Under the pieces are notes generated by a model that was not told where the DNA came from, did no database searches, and saw only the letters and a program-made list of their open reading frames with translations. DNA of 64,000 bases from Octopus sinensis (taxonomy: Eukaryota): assembly GCF_006345805.1 (NCBI RefSeq), contig NC_043004.1, positions 30,876,001-30,940,000 on the forward strand, given 5' to 3'. This document shows, in pieces, positions 12,155 to 24,074 of the stretch (its first letter is position 1; each line of letters starts with the position of its first letter). The position numbers were made by a program, and so were the translations under genes.

Positions 12155-12540
12155 ATCATCATCATCGTTTAACATACACTTTCCATGCTGGCATGGGTTG
12201 GATAGCTCGACTGAAGACTGGCAAGCCAGGTGACTGCACCAGGCTCCAATCTGATCTGGCAAAGTTTCTACAGCTGGATGCCCTTCCTAATGTCAACCAC
12301 TCTGAGAGTGTAGTGGGTGCTTTTTATGTGCCACCAGCACAGGAGCCAGTCAGGCAGCACTGGCATCAACCACACTCAAATGGTGCTTTTTACATACTAC
12401 CAGCACGAATGCCAGGCAGGTGGCACAGGCATCGGTCATGCTCAAATGGTGCTTTTTACATACCACCAGCACAGGAGCCAGTCAGGTGGCTCTGGCATTG
12501 ACCGCACTCAAATAATGCTTTTTACATGCCACTACTATAC
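12155..12540 (-). mobile_element. SINE family C (ATG tail, internal about 60-bp repeats)
   Basis: Antisense homology to 60205-60767; further copies near 75, 5830, 15725, 22748, 26172, 31440, 44785, 45925 and 48000. Confidence 0.8.
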
Positions 12541-12789
12541 AAATACCTTAAAGGAATATGTGGCTCCTTATTTTTCCTTTCTTCTAACCATCTGACTTTT
12601 ATTATATTCCTTATAAAAATTATGTCAAATTTGCCTTAAGAATACATATACCAATATAATTTCTATTGAATTGTGAACATTTATTCTGTGAAAACATATC
12701 TTCATATTTTTATTTATCATACATATAAACACATAGAATAAAATTGTTCCCCACTTATGGTAAAAAGTTGAACTTGTTTTAATTACACA

Positions 12790-12817
12790 ATATATATATC
12801 ATACATACATATATATG

Positions 12818-12880
<63 letters not shown>

Positions 12881-12883
12881 ATG

Positions 12884-12916
<33 letters not shown>

Positions 12917-12931
12917 TATATATATGTGTAT

Positions 12932-12973
<42 letters not shown>

Positions 12974-12998
12974 ATGTATGTATATATATATATATATA
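12790..12998. repeat. (TA)n/(TG)n compound microsatellite
   Basis: Direct; similar tracts at 15572-15645, 20480-20570, 26930-27235, 46868-46996 and 60925-61052. Confidence 0.98.
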
Positions 12999-13073
12999 TG
13001 AGTGAGTAGACAAATGAAAGAAGGGCACTCAACACATTTATTGGGAGTTACATGCATGGATCAAACAATTTGA

Positions 13074-13137
13074 TTCAAACTCCTTGATACTCTGAGTTTT
13101 AAGCATGTCGCTAATCGTCAGCCATTAGGAGTTTGAA
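13074..13137 (-). ncRNA. Candidate type I hammerhead relic (CUGACGA intact, G12A)
   Basis: Minus strand: AAACTCCT-AA-TGG-CTGACGA-TTAGCGACATGCTT-AAAA-CTCAGAG-T-A-TCA-AGGAGTTT, next to a (TA)n tract. Confidence 0.6.
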
Positions 13138-14244
13138 TGACAGTTTGCTTGGAGAGAGTCAATGTTTATAACCAGACATTAGCCTGCAACTGGTCAAGAA
13201 AGGTCATGCGGTATTGTAGTTTGATGTTGGTATTTCAGTGAGAACAGTTACTTAGAAAATACTGCATGGCGGACAGGAAATCAACTGCATGGTGGAAAGG
13301 AAATCGGTCGCATGGTTGTGAGTGAAAATAGGAAGAGGCAGCAGATATCGGAGTAGACATGTATATATGCGTACATGTATATGCCCACATATTTGTGTGT
13401 GTGTATCCGTGCTTATACGTGCATGTATATGTGTGTATGTTCACCATCCCCATGAATGCACACGCGTGAATGCACACTTGCATACACATGCATACATATA
13501 CACACATGCACACACAAACACACACACACATACACACACAGGTGCACACTTTTATCCACTTGAACATATGCACATGCGCACATACATAAGTATGTATACA
13601 CGTATATGTGTGCATTCATGAACATGCACAGGTGCACATGTAAATGAGCACATGCAAGGTTAAATGTACACCAGTGTACACATGCCCATGCACATGCATA
13701 TAGTGAGCAGATGCATACACGTATTCACACACATGTGTACATGCATGCATATATACTCATGTGGTTATGTACAAGGGGTGAGAGTGTAAAGAAGTGTTGG
13801 GGATTGGTAATTTTCTGAGCTATTCATAGGGATTAGCGGTGCTGTTCATGGAGGTTAGTTGGTGACAGTGACCTTGGTGCAGGTGATGCAGGGGGTGGCT
13901 GGTCCTAAGGAGGTATATCCTGGCCATCAGTGGCCAATGGCTTGAAGTTTACCAGAAGAGTGTACCTCTGGTGACAGAAATACAATACCTCATATTTCTT
14001 TGTGTGTGTGTATGTATTGTGTGCATACATATTTGTGCATATGTGTGTATATGTATGCATGCATGTGCGGGTATGTGAACATACATCTATGCACATACAC
14101 ATGCTTACACACAAATATGTGGGCATATACATGTACACATATATATCTATATACTCCCACATCTACTGCCACTTTCTATTTTCACACCCCAACCACATGA
14201 CTTCCTGTCCACCACACAGTTGATTTCCTGTTCACCATGAAGTC

Positions 14245-14820
14245 ATTGGGGATGGTGCTTTCCTGAATAGACAGATTAACTATATGGGTGACAAAGCTGT
14301 ATCCTACACCACCAGAAATTTTAATCATCTTTGCAGTGATTCCTGGTCCTTAACTGCCTTATCTATTATGCTCCTATCAACTCTGATGGCTGGTTCCTCA
14401 ACTGGTTCAATATTTGGCAGATTCTCTTTCTCCCATTCATTTTCCACATTCAGTAACCTTTCCTAGTGACACTTCCATGCATCTTTCTTCTCTGAGTCAT
14501 TAAGTCCAAAAATACCATTATCCATTTGCACATATTTTTCACCTACCACATCTCAATTTTCTCTGAAACACTGCTTTGCAATCTCGAACACCTCATGCCT
14601 CTGATCCTCACACTGTAGGACATTTGAATATCTCTTACTTTCACTACTCCTTTTGCTATGTATACCTGATGTGAAGCTTTTGGTTTCCTGACATAATTCT
14701 CTGCTTCCACCATTTTTCCAGTCTTTCCAGACCTGTCGTTTTGCTTTTATCGCACTGTCAACCTCTTTACTCCACCATCATGTCACACTTGGTCTGGCTG
14801 AGACTCTATCATCAGTAGTT
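14245..14820 (-). mobile_element. RTE-group LINE ORF2 internal fragment
   Basis: Minus frames give WWSKEVDSAIKAKRQVWKDWK, EVFEIAKQ and AWKCH*ERLLNVENEWEKENLP (EN-RT linker region). Confidence 0.7.
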
Positions 14821-14864
14821 GATATGTCTGAAAAAGAAGCACACTGGAAAGCATGAGAACAATA

Positions 14865-15356
14865 GGTCATAGAGTAACCATTGGTTTTGCACCTATAATG
14901 CGCTTAGCAGTGTAGGCAACTCGTCAGACTTAAATGGCTGAAGGCACATAACCTCTCTACAACTGGAGGAAGAAATATGTCATGTCTAGTTAGTTTTGTA
15001 AGCAAAAAGGATTTGTCCATGCTGCAGGCAGTATGAATTTATCCCCCTTACATAAGTTCCAGGCAGGTGATATTCAAAGGAACTATGGCGAGCCTATTCA
15101 ACAAAGATTGGCTGTGTTTGTGGTGATATTCATGCAGCTCCTTTGAATATCATCACACTCAGAGGTGAAGAAAGGGAGATAACACTGTCCCATCTGGAGC
15201 ATGGATAAATATTTTTTGTTTACAAAACTAATTGACCATGATATAGTTCTTCCTCTAGTTGTAGAGAGGTTATGTGCCTTCAGCTATTTGAGTTTGATGA
15301 GTCACTTATACTACTAAGTGCTTTATAGACGCAAAACCAATGGTCACTCTATGACC
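14865..15356. mobile_element. Fold-back element with about 165-bp inverted arms, each carrying an outward-reading hammerhead-like motif
   Basis: GGTCATAGAG...CTCTATGACC termini; arms 14865-15027 and 15194-15356. Confidence 0.85.
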
Positions 15357-15455
15357 AGCCATAACACTGAACTTTCTATAATATATATGTATGTATGCAT
15401 ATGCAGACAGACAGACGGACAGCTAGATAGATAGATATGTAGCTAGATAGATAGG

Positions 15456-15507
<52 letters not shown>

Positions 15508-15580
15508 CAAACAAATAGATGTTGAGTGTGAGCATGGTTGTGTCTCCTTATCTTGTCATCATGTGAGAGCTGTATATATA

Positions 15581-15649
<69 letters not shown>

Positions 15650-16446
15650 TGTCATACAAAATTTCCATTTGTTTCTAATATTCTGCATAAACATGCCAGG
15701 TCATGGGAAAATAATTACCTTGCTTAGAAACACATGAGGACTGATGACAGGAAGGGCATCCAGCCATAGAAAATCTGCTTCAATAAACTCTATCTGGCCC
15801 ATGCAAGCATGGAAAAGTGAATGTTAAAAAACAATCATGATCATCATCATCCTCATCATCATCATCATTTTTGTCATCTTTGTTCACCAGAAATTTTTCA
15901 GCATGTATATTTACAATATTTTTATATATACACTGTATAATGATCAGTTTCATCTTCAAAGATATTTAGTGTGTATATATTTAAAACTTTTATGTACAAT
16001 GTTTTAAACAATATATTCTGTTTTGAACAACTCAATCCCCTGAGGTCTTAAACATGTAGAATTTACAATATTTATGTATACATTATGTTTGGTCAATTTG
16101 AGCTCAAGAAATTTTGAACATTATATATGTTTGCAGTATTTATATATACAACAGTTTGTTTAGACTATATGTATTTGAAAATTTTATATATAAACCATGT
16201 TTTGGTTAGTCCGATCTCTATAGGTTTTCAGAATGTATATATTTACAATGTTTTGCTCTCTATGACCTCCAGAGACCTTTAGACTGTATAAATGTAGGTA
16301 TGTACATGTGTATGTGTGTGTGTGTGTGTGTTTGCGTGTGTGTTTTTGTGTGTGTATGTCTGTATGTATGTATGTATGTATGTATGTATGTATGTATGTA
16401 TGTATGTGTGAGTGTATGTATGTATGTATGTATGCACGGTTACATA

Positions 16447-18035
16447 GAAATTCCGGGGTGGTGTCTGGCGTGCTGAAAGACCACTGGGAGTGAGGCGCCC
16501 CTCAGCTTTTGTTAAAGCACGTCTCTAGGAGAAGGTCACTCTGATATAAAACCAGATATGCAGGGAATGGCATTGAACATTTTGGGGATATTTGGTTTGT
16601 GCTAGAGATCACAGCGCTCCCACATCCCTGAGCCTGCGATTCATATTGGCACCAGACATCTTGCTCTGGCTTGTCTCTGGATAATGTCAATAGAGTGGAG
16701 AGGGTCTATGAGGTGTTGTGCAAGCCTTATTGGACCTAAAACTCTGCACAGGCATTGCCGACCTTTTTTTTCTTTTCTTTTCTTTTTTTTTTATATATAT
16801 ATATCTATCTTATTTTTAGTATATCTTTTCTTCATTTTTAGTATATATATATATATTTAAAAAAATTTTTTTTTATTCGGAAGTCCTGTGGCAATGGGAA
16901 GGTGGTGAAGCATGCAGACCTGATGGGTTGGAAGCATGTAGTCAGCGACCTGCACGTAGGCGGCCCATGCTAGATATAAAGTCATCTCCTTGTCACCCAA
17001 GACAGCGGTAGGATTCAGTTGCTGCATGGGTGTCTGAACAGCTCCATTTGGAGAGGGCACTGCTCACTTGGAGACCGGGGAGGTTCTAGAAAAGGTGAAC
17101 CAAAAATTGCCTGTCTTTCCATATCTGGTCAGTTTAGCGCGACTGATGGATGTCCACCCTGCGCTCAAAAAACAAAGAGTCTTTTATCTATAAAATCTGG
17201 ACGGAACTTAAACATTTCATGTTGGAATGTGCGTACTCTGCTGGACCACAAGAGTGATTGCAGGCCTGAAAGACGCACTGCACTTGTTGCTCGTGAGCTG
17301 AACTGTTATAAAATTGATATAGCTGCACTCTCAGAGACTCGTATAGAAGGTGATGGTCAGCTTGAGGAAGTAGGAGGCGGATACACCTTTTTTTGGAAAG
17401 GAAGGCAGAAGGAGGAGCGCAGAGAGGCTGGTGTTGGTTTTGCAGTCCGATCTGATATCCTGAAGAAGTTAGAAGAGCTCCCTGTTCCTATAAATGAATG
17501 TATAATGACCCTACGGTTGCACTTGAAAGGTAAGCGGTTTGCTACTCTAATAAGTGCCTATGCACCTACTTTGACTAGCTGTGATGAAGATAAAATAATC
17601 TTTTATACCCAGCTGAGATCCATACTTAGAAAAATCCCCAATTCTGATAAAGTCATTCTACTGGGGGATTTTAATGCCAGAGTAGGAACAGACTGGCAAA
17701 CATGGAACTCTCTAGGACGTTTTGGAGTAGGGAAAATGAATAGCAATGGTCTCATGCTACTGGAGCTTTGCGAAGAACATGGACTTTACATTGCAAATAC
17801 TCATTTTGTGCACAAAGGTGATCACACAACAACATGGATGCATCCAAGGTCCAAAGTTTGGCACTTGCTGGATTACGTCATCATCCGCAAGCGCGACATT
17901 TATGACATTTGTAATGTCAAGTCCTTGCATGGATCAGAATGCTGAACAGACCACAGTCTGGTGCGAGCAAAGTTCCGAATGGTGATTAGGGCGAAAGAGA
18001 GAAGAGGACCAGTCAGCATTCCCCACCGTCTAAAA
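16447..18035 (+). mobile_element. RTE (BovB-like) LINE 5' part: 5'UTR plus APE endonuclease, RT missing
   Basis: CWNVRTL, IDIAALSETR, YTFFWKG, GVGFAV, LISAYAPT, ILLGDFNARVG, TWMHPRSKVWHLLDYVI, *TDH; bounded by (TATG)n on both sides; the 5'UTR boundary is inferred. Confidence 0.9.
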
Positions 18036-18269
18036 TGTATGTATGTATGTGTCAGTGTATGTATGTTATCATTCAGTTTTATTTCAAGATTTCTTTCCAA
18101 TAAAGAAAGAGCTGGTTTCTAAACTAGTTTCAAGGCTCCTTCATTGGAATTTCAACAACATCAACAGGGTATTTTTGCATGTATGTGTGTATAAGTGCAG
18201 TATTTGGAGTCAGTGCATTTACAGATTTGTATGTTTTGTTTTATGTACATAGTCTCATTCATATAGTTG

Positions 18270-18870
18270 CATATCTAGACATGCCATATATACTTAAATG
18301 GTAAACTTATGAACAGTTCCAGTGATGGCTTGGATCTGTAGTTTTTCACCATCACAGACAACTCCTTTCTGGTTTTAAGAAGCTTAATTTCTCAAGATTG
18401 GTACTTAGGCAGTGTATTACATATCACACTATCCCAATAATTACAGGTATAAACCTGAACTAGTAATCTGGGCAGAGTAACAGTAGATTTCTCAATAGTT
18501 AACGTAAGTATCTTCTATTTCACTGATCTTTAGCTATATGTTAACATCTGCTGGGCAGCTGATTTCTACAACTTTACACAGTTTCGTTTCCCTGTCCCAA
18601 ATCACTATGTAACATCTATTGTGTTTACATTTTACTCAGATTTCTACTGGTACATTCCACCAGTACTCCTGATTATGAGTGGCTATGTCCTCTAACATAC
18701 TATGGGTTCTTATTTCTTTGGTCTCAGGGTTATCTTTCCGATGGATCTCATTATACAGTGTCTTGGCTACAACACTGTGTCTCATCAGTCGATAATACCA
18801 TGATTACATTTTTGGACAACGGCTTGTGATATGGGTGATATCATTGGTGTTAACTCCACACAGTCTGCAT
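18270..18870 (-). mobile_element. REL-endonuclease non-LTR retrotransposon C-terminal fragment (R4/NeSL-like)
   Basis: Minus frames give DITHITSRCPKM, MRHSVVAKTLYNEI, EYWWNVP and IVIWDRETKLCKVVEISCPADVN. Confidence 0.7.
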
Positions 18871-19984
18871 CATGTATGTATATATACACACTCCGGCATA
18901 GAATCCCACACCAACACACTCCAATATGGAGTGATTCACAAGTGAAGTCTTGCCTTTGCCAACACCCACCCACCCCAGTCATCTCTAAACCCTTTGCTAC
19001 TATTACTAAAGCACTTTGGAAGTGGTGAGCATTGTGCCACCTTCACACAAACTTCTACATTTCACATCACATATATTGAGTCTACCTGAATGGGATGAAA
19101 AGCAAAAGGATCACGCTCTTACCCAAGTCACATGGGCTCATAAGGCAGGTTTTCTGGTTTCTATGGCGTATATATTACCCGCTGTATAGGATACCAGCCC
19201 CCACCCCACCCCACCCCACCTTGCAGGATTTCTACCTAACTAGACAAAGCACTAACCACTTTTAGTTCTTCCTCTAGAGGCTCCCTCTGAAATTCCCTAC
19301 TTTCTCATGCTTTTCTCCTGTATCAGTCGATTTACAGTTGTTCAAGAACATCAGCCAAATTGGTCTCCTCACCACTGGAGGACCTGCGAAGACTATGTTA
19401 GCCCTTACCTCTACATCAAAAATGTTTAAACCAAAACAAAAAAGAAAAACTTTAATTACATTCTCTCCTGGTGTCCTTTTAATTATAAGAAATGGAACGA
19501 ACATCCCAGTATCACTTTTATCTTTCTGTAAAATTTCAGTTTATATATTAATAAGCAATATTCGCCATAAAGTTAGCGGTAATTCCTTCCATTTATCGAT
19601 CTATAATAAACATCACTTGTTAAATTTTGTTTAACCAAGGGAAGCTACTGAGAATTACAAGTTTCTTATTTTTTCATTCTTAAAGAGTTACCTTTCTTGA
19701 GCTAACTATCTTGGCTGCGAAACAAAATTCTGCGTAATCCCTTCATCTATTTCTTTTGATCTCTTTATACATCTTTCTCTTTTTAATCATTATTTTTTTT
19801 TTCAATTTAGTTTGATACTTTCCAAAACAGAATTTACAATAGTAACAGAACTTGCTCGGAAAGTTTCCAAGGAAAACTATTTGAATTTCTTATTTCAATA
19901 TGCAAGAAAAATTTTTAAATGCTTCAAACAACTTGTGGTTTCATGGGCAAACATACACTGACACACTTAAACATACATATGTAT

Positions 19985-20353
19985 GCATAAAACTGTGTGT
20001 GTGTATAAATGGATACATGTATGTATAAATATGTATATATTTGTATGTATGTTTATATATGTATGTGTGTGTGTATGTATATGTGTATATATATATATAA
20101 AGTTAATCCAAACAAGAAAACAAAAAGACAACAACGCGAGGATGTGGAACAAATAAAGTATTATTGGACGCTCAGGAAAGAAGGTGATATATATATATAT
20201 ATAATTATATATATATATATATTATATATAATATATATATACATATATATACATATGTATGCATAAAACTGTGTGTGTGTGTATAAATGGATACATGTAT
20301 GTATAAATATGTATATATTTGTATGTATATTTATATATGTATGTGTGTGTGTA

Positions 20354-20395
<42 letters not shown>

Positions 20396-20485
20396 TAATC
20401 CAAACAAGAAAACAAAAAGACAACAACGCAAGGATGTGGAACAAATAAAGTATTATTGGACGCTCAGGAAAGAAGGGAAGAAGGT
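19985..20485 (+). repeat. Tandem duplication (about 290-bp unit) of a microsatellite plus a truncated TA-embedded element
   Basis: TAAAGTTAATCCAAACAAG...GGACGCTCAGGAAAGAAGG and the preceding (TA/TG) tract occur twice. Confidence 0.85.
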
Positions 20486-20496
20486 GATATATATAT

Positions 20497-20558
<62 letters not shown>

Positions 20559-20838
20559 TATACATATATATAGTGTATTAAATAAAATATATGCATACAT
20601 ACATACATATATGTACATACCTACATCTACATGTATATATACATGCATATATAATATATATACGTGAGTACAGGACACCACAAATAGACGTAGAACTCAA
20701 CGAGAAACGAAAACGTAAAAACAAACGTGGAAACGGACCTAAACGAAAAAAACAGAGTACAAGACAACTACACAAGGAAAAATCCCCTTCATCAGCTGTC
20801 CCTAGTTCAACTCCAGCGCGTTTCGAAGGTTGGACAGA

Positions 20839-20878
<40 letters not shown>

Positions 20879-20885
20879 ATTTTTG

Positions 20886-20926
<41 letters not shown>

Positions 20927-20980
20927 TATATACACACACATATATATATATATGTGTATATGTATGTATGTGTGTATGTG

Positions 20981-21020
<40 letters not shown>

Positions 21021-21498
21021 AAGAGAGAGGTGTGAATAACGTAATTGTCAGATACAAGGATCTAGGTGTACAAAGTTAGTAAGCTTCAAGCAGCCCATGA
21101 AAGGTATAAAAGAAACAACTTTCAGGAACAATAATAGTTTATGGGTGTAGAAAATTGTAGGTTTTTCCCACATCAAAGTTCAATTACCAGAAACAAGATT
21201 TTTTATAGTTTACAGTTAGCATCTAAGGTTGCTACATATGTGAATAGAAATCCAGTTTGAGATATGGAGCAGGTAAAATCCAGGCAACATATGTTTCTTA
21301 ACTAGCAGACCCTCACAAGTAATAGTTATTCAACAAGGAGTACTCCACTAGCTACTCATCAAGCCAAGATACCTTAGTTAAATGAAGGTTACATTCTTGT
21401 TATATATATATATGTATGTATGTAGGCATGTATGTATGTATGTATGTATGTATGTATGTATGTATGTATGTATGTATGTATGTGTGTATGTATGTGTG

Positions 21499-21537
<39 letters not shown>

Positions 21538-22083
21538 CAGTTGCGGCCAAAATGTTCAGAACAGCATTGTTTTCGCCAGAAAAGTAGCTATAAATTTTTA
21601 TCAAAGTTGTTTTATGTTCTATAATTTTCACAGACAATAAATACAATATTAATTGTTATTGTCTGAGATTTTGGTGTAATTTGAGAGGATAATACAAAAG
21701 TTATGGATGATTTAGGGATTTACTGCAAAACCCTTGGCGGCCAAAATGATCAGAACGGTTGAAAAAATAACAAAATAATCAAAAATGACAGCGAGTACTG
21801 GAATTATTTAATATTTAGTGTGAAGCCCTTTAGCTTCAATCACACTTTGACATCTTTGACTGCATGAGGAAATTAAATTTTCAATTTCTTACTAGGTGAT
21901 CTTATTCCATTCTTCCTGAAGGGCATTCCATAATTGCTCGGTTGTTTTAGGATTTCTGGCAATAACAATTAATACCGTATTTATTGTCTGTGAAAATTAT
22001 AGGATATAAAACAACTTTGATAAAAACTTATAACTACTTTTCTGGTTGAAACAATGCCGTTCTGAACATTTTGGCCGCAACTG
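21538..22083 (-). mobile_element. Tc1-family internal deletion derivative
   Basis: TA|CAGTTGCGGCCAAAATGTTCAGAAC TIRs of about 130 bp with TA TSD; minus strand encodes NPKTTEQLWNALQEEWNKI..IENLISSCSQRCQSVIEAKGLHTKY*. Confidence 0.92.
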
Positions 22084-22549
22084 TATATATATTATTGTAT
22101 GTGTTCTGCATATATTATTATATATAATATATATATATATATGTATGATGTATATATATGTTATATATATGTATATATAATATAGTATATATATATATTA
22201 TATATATATATATAATATATAATATGATATATATATATATATCTACTGGAGGATAAAATTTTTCGAAAAAAATTCTATCATATTAAAAAATACCTTTGTT
22301 ATTAATTCTAGCATATTAAAAAATACCTTTGTTATTAACGTTCTGTCTATTTTCGGCATATTTTGGCATTAGAATTTTTTTCTTTTGCCCTTACTTATAA
22401 ATTACATATATATATTATATATTATATGTATGTGTTCTGCATATATATATATATATATATAGTTGAATTTTACAGAAAATCAAAAGACGAAGATAGGTGT
22501 ATAAATAACAAGCAGGTGTATTAGTTTGACACTCGGGAAGGTGGGAGAG

Positions 22550-22587
22550 CCTTTTACGTTTCAAGCATATGCTCTTCACCCGAAAGG
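22550..22587 (-). ncRNA. Minimal type I hammerhead relic (U4G, A6G) within TA-embedded element 22462-22680
   Basis: Minus strand: CCTTT-CGGGTGA-A-GAGC-ATAT-GCTT-GAAA-CG-T-A-AAAGG. Confidence 0.6.
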
Positions 22588-23111
22588 AACATGAGGAAAT
22601 AAACAGAGAGAGAATAAAAGAAACTTTTGGAGTTAGCGGTCAATCATGACAACTGGCTAGACAAAGGTAGACAGAAGTGTGTGTGTGTGTGAGAGAGAGA
22701 GTATATAAGTATGTGTGTGTGGATAGGGTCTGGTATATATATATATGTCATCATCATCATCATCATCATTTAGCGTCCGTTCTCCATGCTAGCATGGGTT
22801 GGACGGTTCAACTGGGATCTGTGAAGCTGGAAGGCTTCATCAGGCCCAGTCAGATCTGGCAGTGTTTCTACGGCTGGATGCCCTTCCTAACACCAACCAC
22901 TCTATATATGTGTGTTGTGTGTGTGTATGTATGTATATATATCAATCATCAATGTATCATATATCTGAAAAAGGAGCACACTCTAAAGCATAGAGCAATA
23001 ATGTGTTTATATGCAATTAAGTTAATGTCCAGTCTTAGAGTGACCAATGGTTTCACATCCACAAAGGGCTTTTGAGTGTGCTACATATATAAATAACTAC
23101 ATATATATATA

Positions 23112-23580
23112 TCTCTTATTATAAAAGGCAGATTTTATCTGCCTCCCTTTGTCTCTTATAGAAATCTACAATATAGGATTTCTTCAATTACAATTTACCT
23201 ATTAAGAGTAGAATGCATCGGGTTTTGCCAGGTCCGGTTTTTAAAATTTCACCCCCAATTAAGCAAAATTTAGAGAAAACTCACATTGTGGTGTATATGT
23301 GTCAAATGCTTTCTTAGTTTGGGCTACAGCACACGCAAACGCAACACACAGTGTGCAACGAATAACTGAAACTAATTCACTGTGTGTGTGTTGACAGGTA
23401 GACAATAGAATGCGATGGCGATGGCGATGTAAATTTGTTTCTGTCTATGACGCGATAGATACACTGAGTAAAATGTATGGGAAGCTAAGAGATAAGAGTG
23501 AGTGAAAATGTTCTTGGAAGAGAGTAAATAGCAAGAGAGTGATTTGAGAAAGACTTTACATAAATAACCGTAGTGGCTTG
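23112..23580 (+). mobile_element. Helitron-like non-autonomous element
   Basis: A|TCTCTTATTATAAAA 5' end; degenerate GCTTG|T 3' end; flanked by (TA)n. Confidence 0.45.
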
Positions 23581-23594
23581 TATATATATATATA

Positions 23595-23855
23595 TACATA
23601 CATAAGACAGTAAGGTGTGATTTGAGGGAGATTTGGCTGCTATTTCTGCCATGTAGGGGTCTCCCTCATAGGCTCATACATACATATATACATAGATAAG
23701 ACAGTAAGGTGTGATTTGGGGGAAATTTGGCTGCTATTTCTACCAGGTCTAGCTACCATGTAGAGGTCCCCCTCATTGGCTCATATATATATACATACAT
23801 AAGACAGTAAGGTGTGATTTGAGGGAGATTTGGCTGCTGTTTCTACCAGGTCTGT
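23595..23855 (+). repeat. Three tandem copies of an about 100-bp interspersed-repeat fragment
   Basis: CATAAGACAGTAAGGTGTGATTTGAGGGAGATTTGGCTGC occurs three times; single copies near 29310 and 54080. Confidence 0.8.
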
Positions 23856-24074
23856 TAGGCCTTCTCATGTAAACTCAAGCTTTCTCATGCCTTGAAATAA
23901 GACCAAAGCAGAGAATGTATTCTTTTATTCTTCTGCTTTTTCCAGCCATTGTGTCTGTGGCCATGCTGGGGCAATGCCTTGAAGAATTGTAGTTTAATGA
24001 ATCAACTCCAGTTTTATTTTTGTAAGCATTGTACTTATTCTATCTGTTTCCTTTGTCAAACCACTAGGTGACAG

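Noticed and set aside
16447-17050. HDV-like ribozyme in the RTE 5'UTR
   Set aside because: Expected from some RTE families, but I could not find a P1/P3/L3/P1.1 arrangement by eye; it needs a covariance-model search.
18782-18788. CTGATGA on the minus strand as a hammerhead core
   Set aside because: It lies within REL-LINE coding sequence (..MRH..) with no helix II or GAAA.
19274-19634. Short ORFs as host exons
   Set aside because: No recognisable domain; alternative frames contain stops; splice signals are unconvincing.
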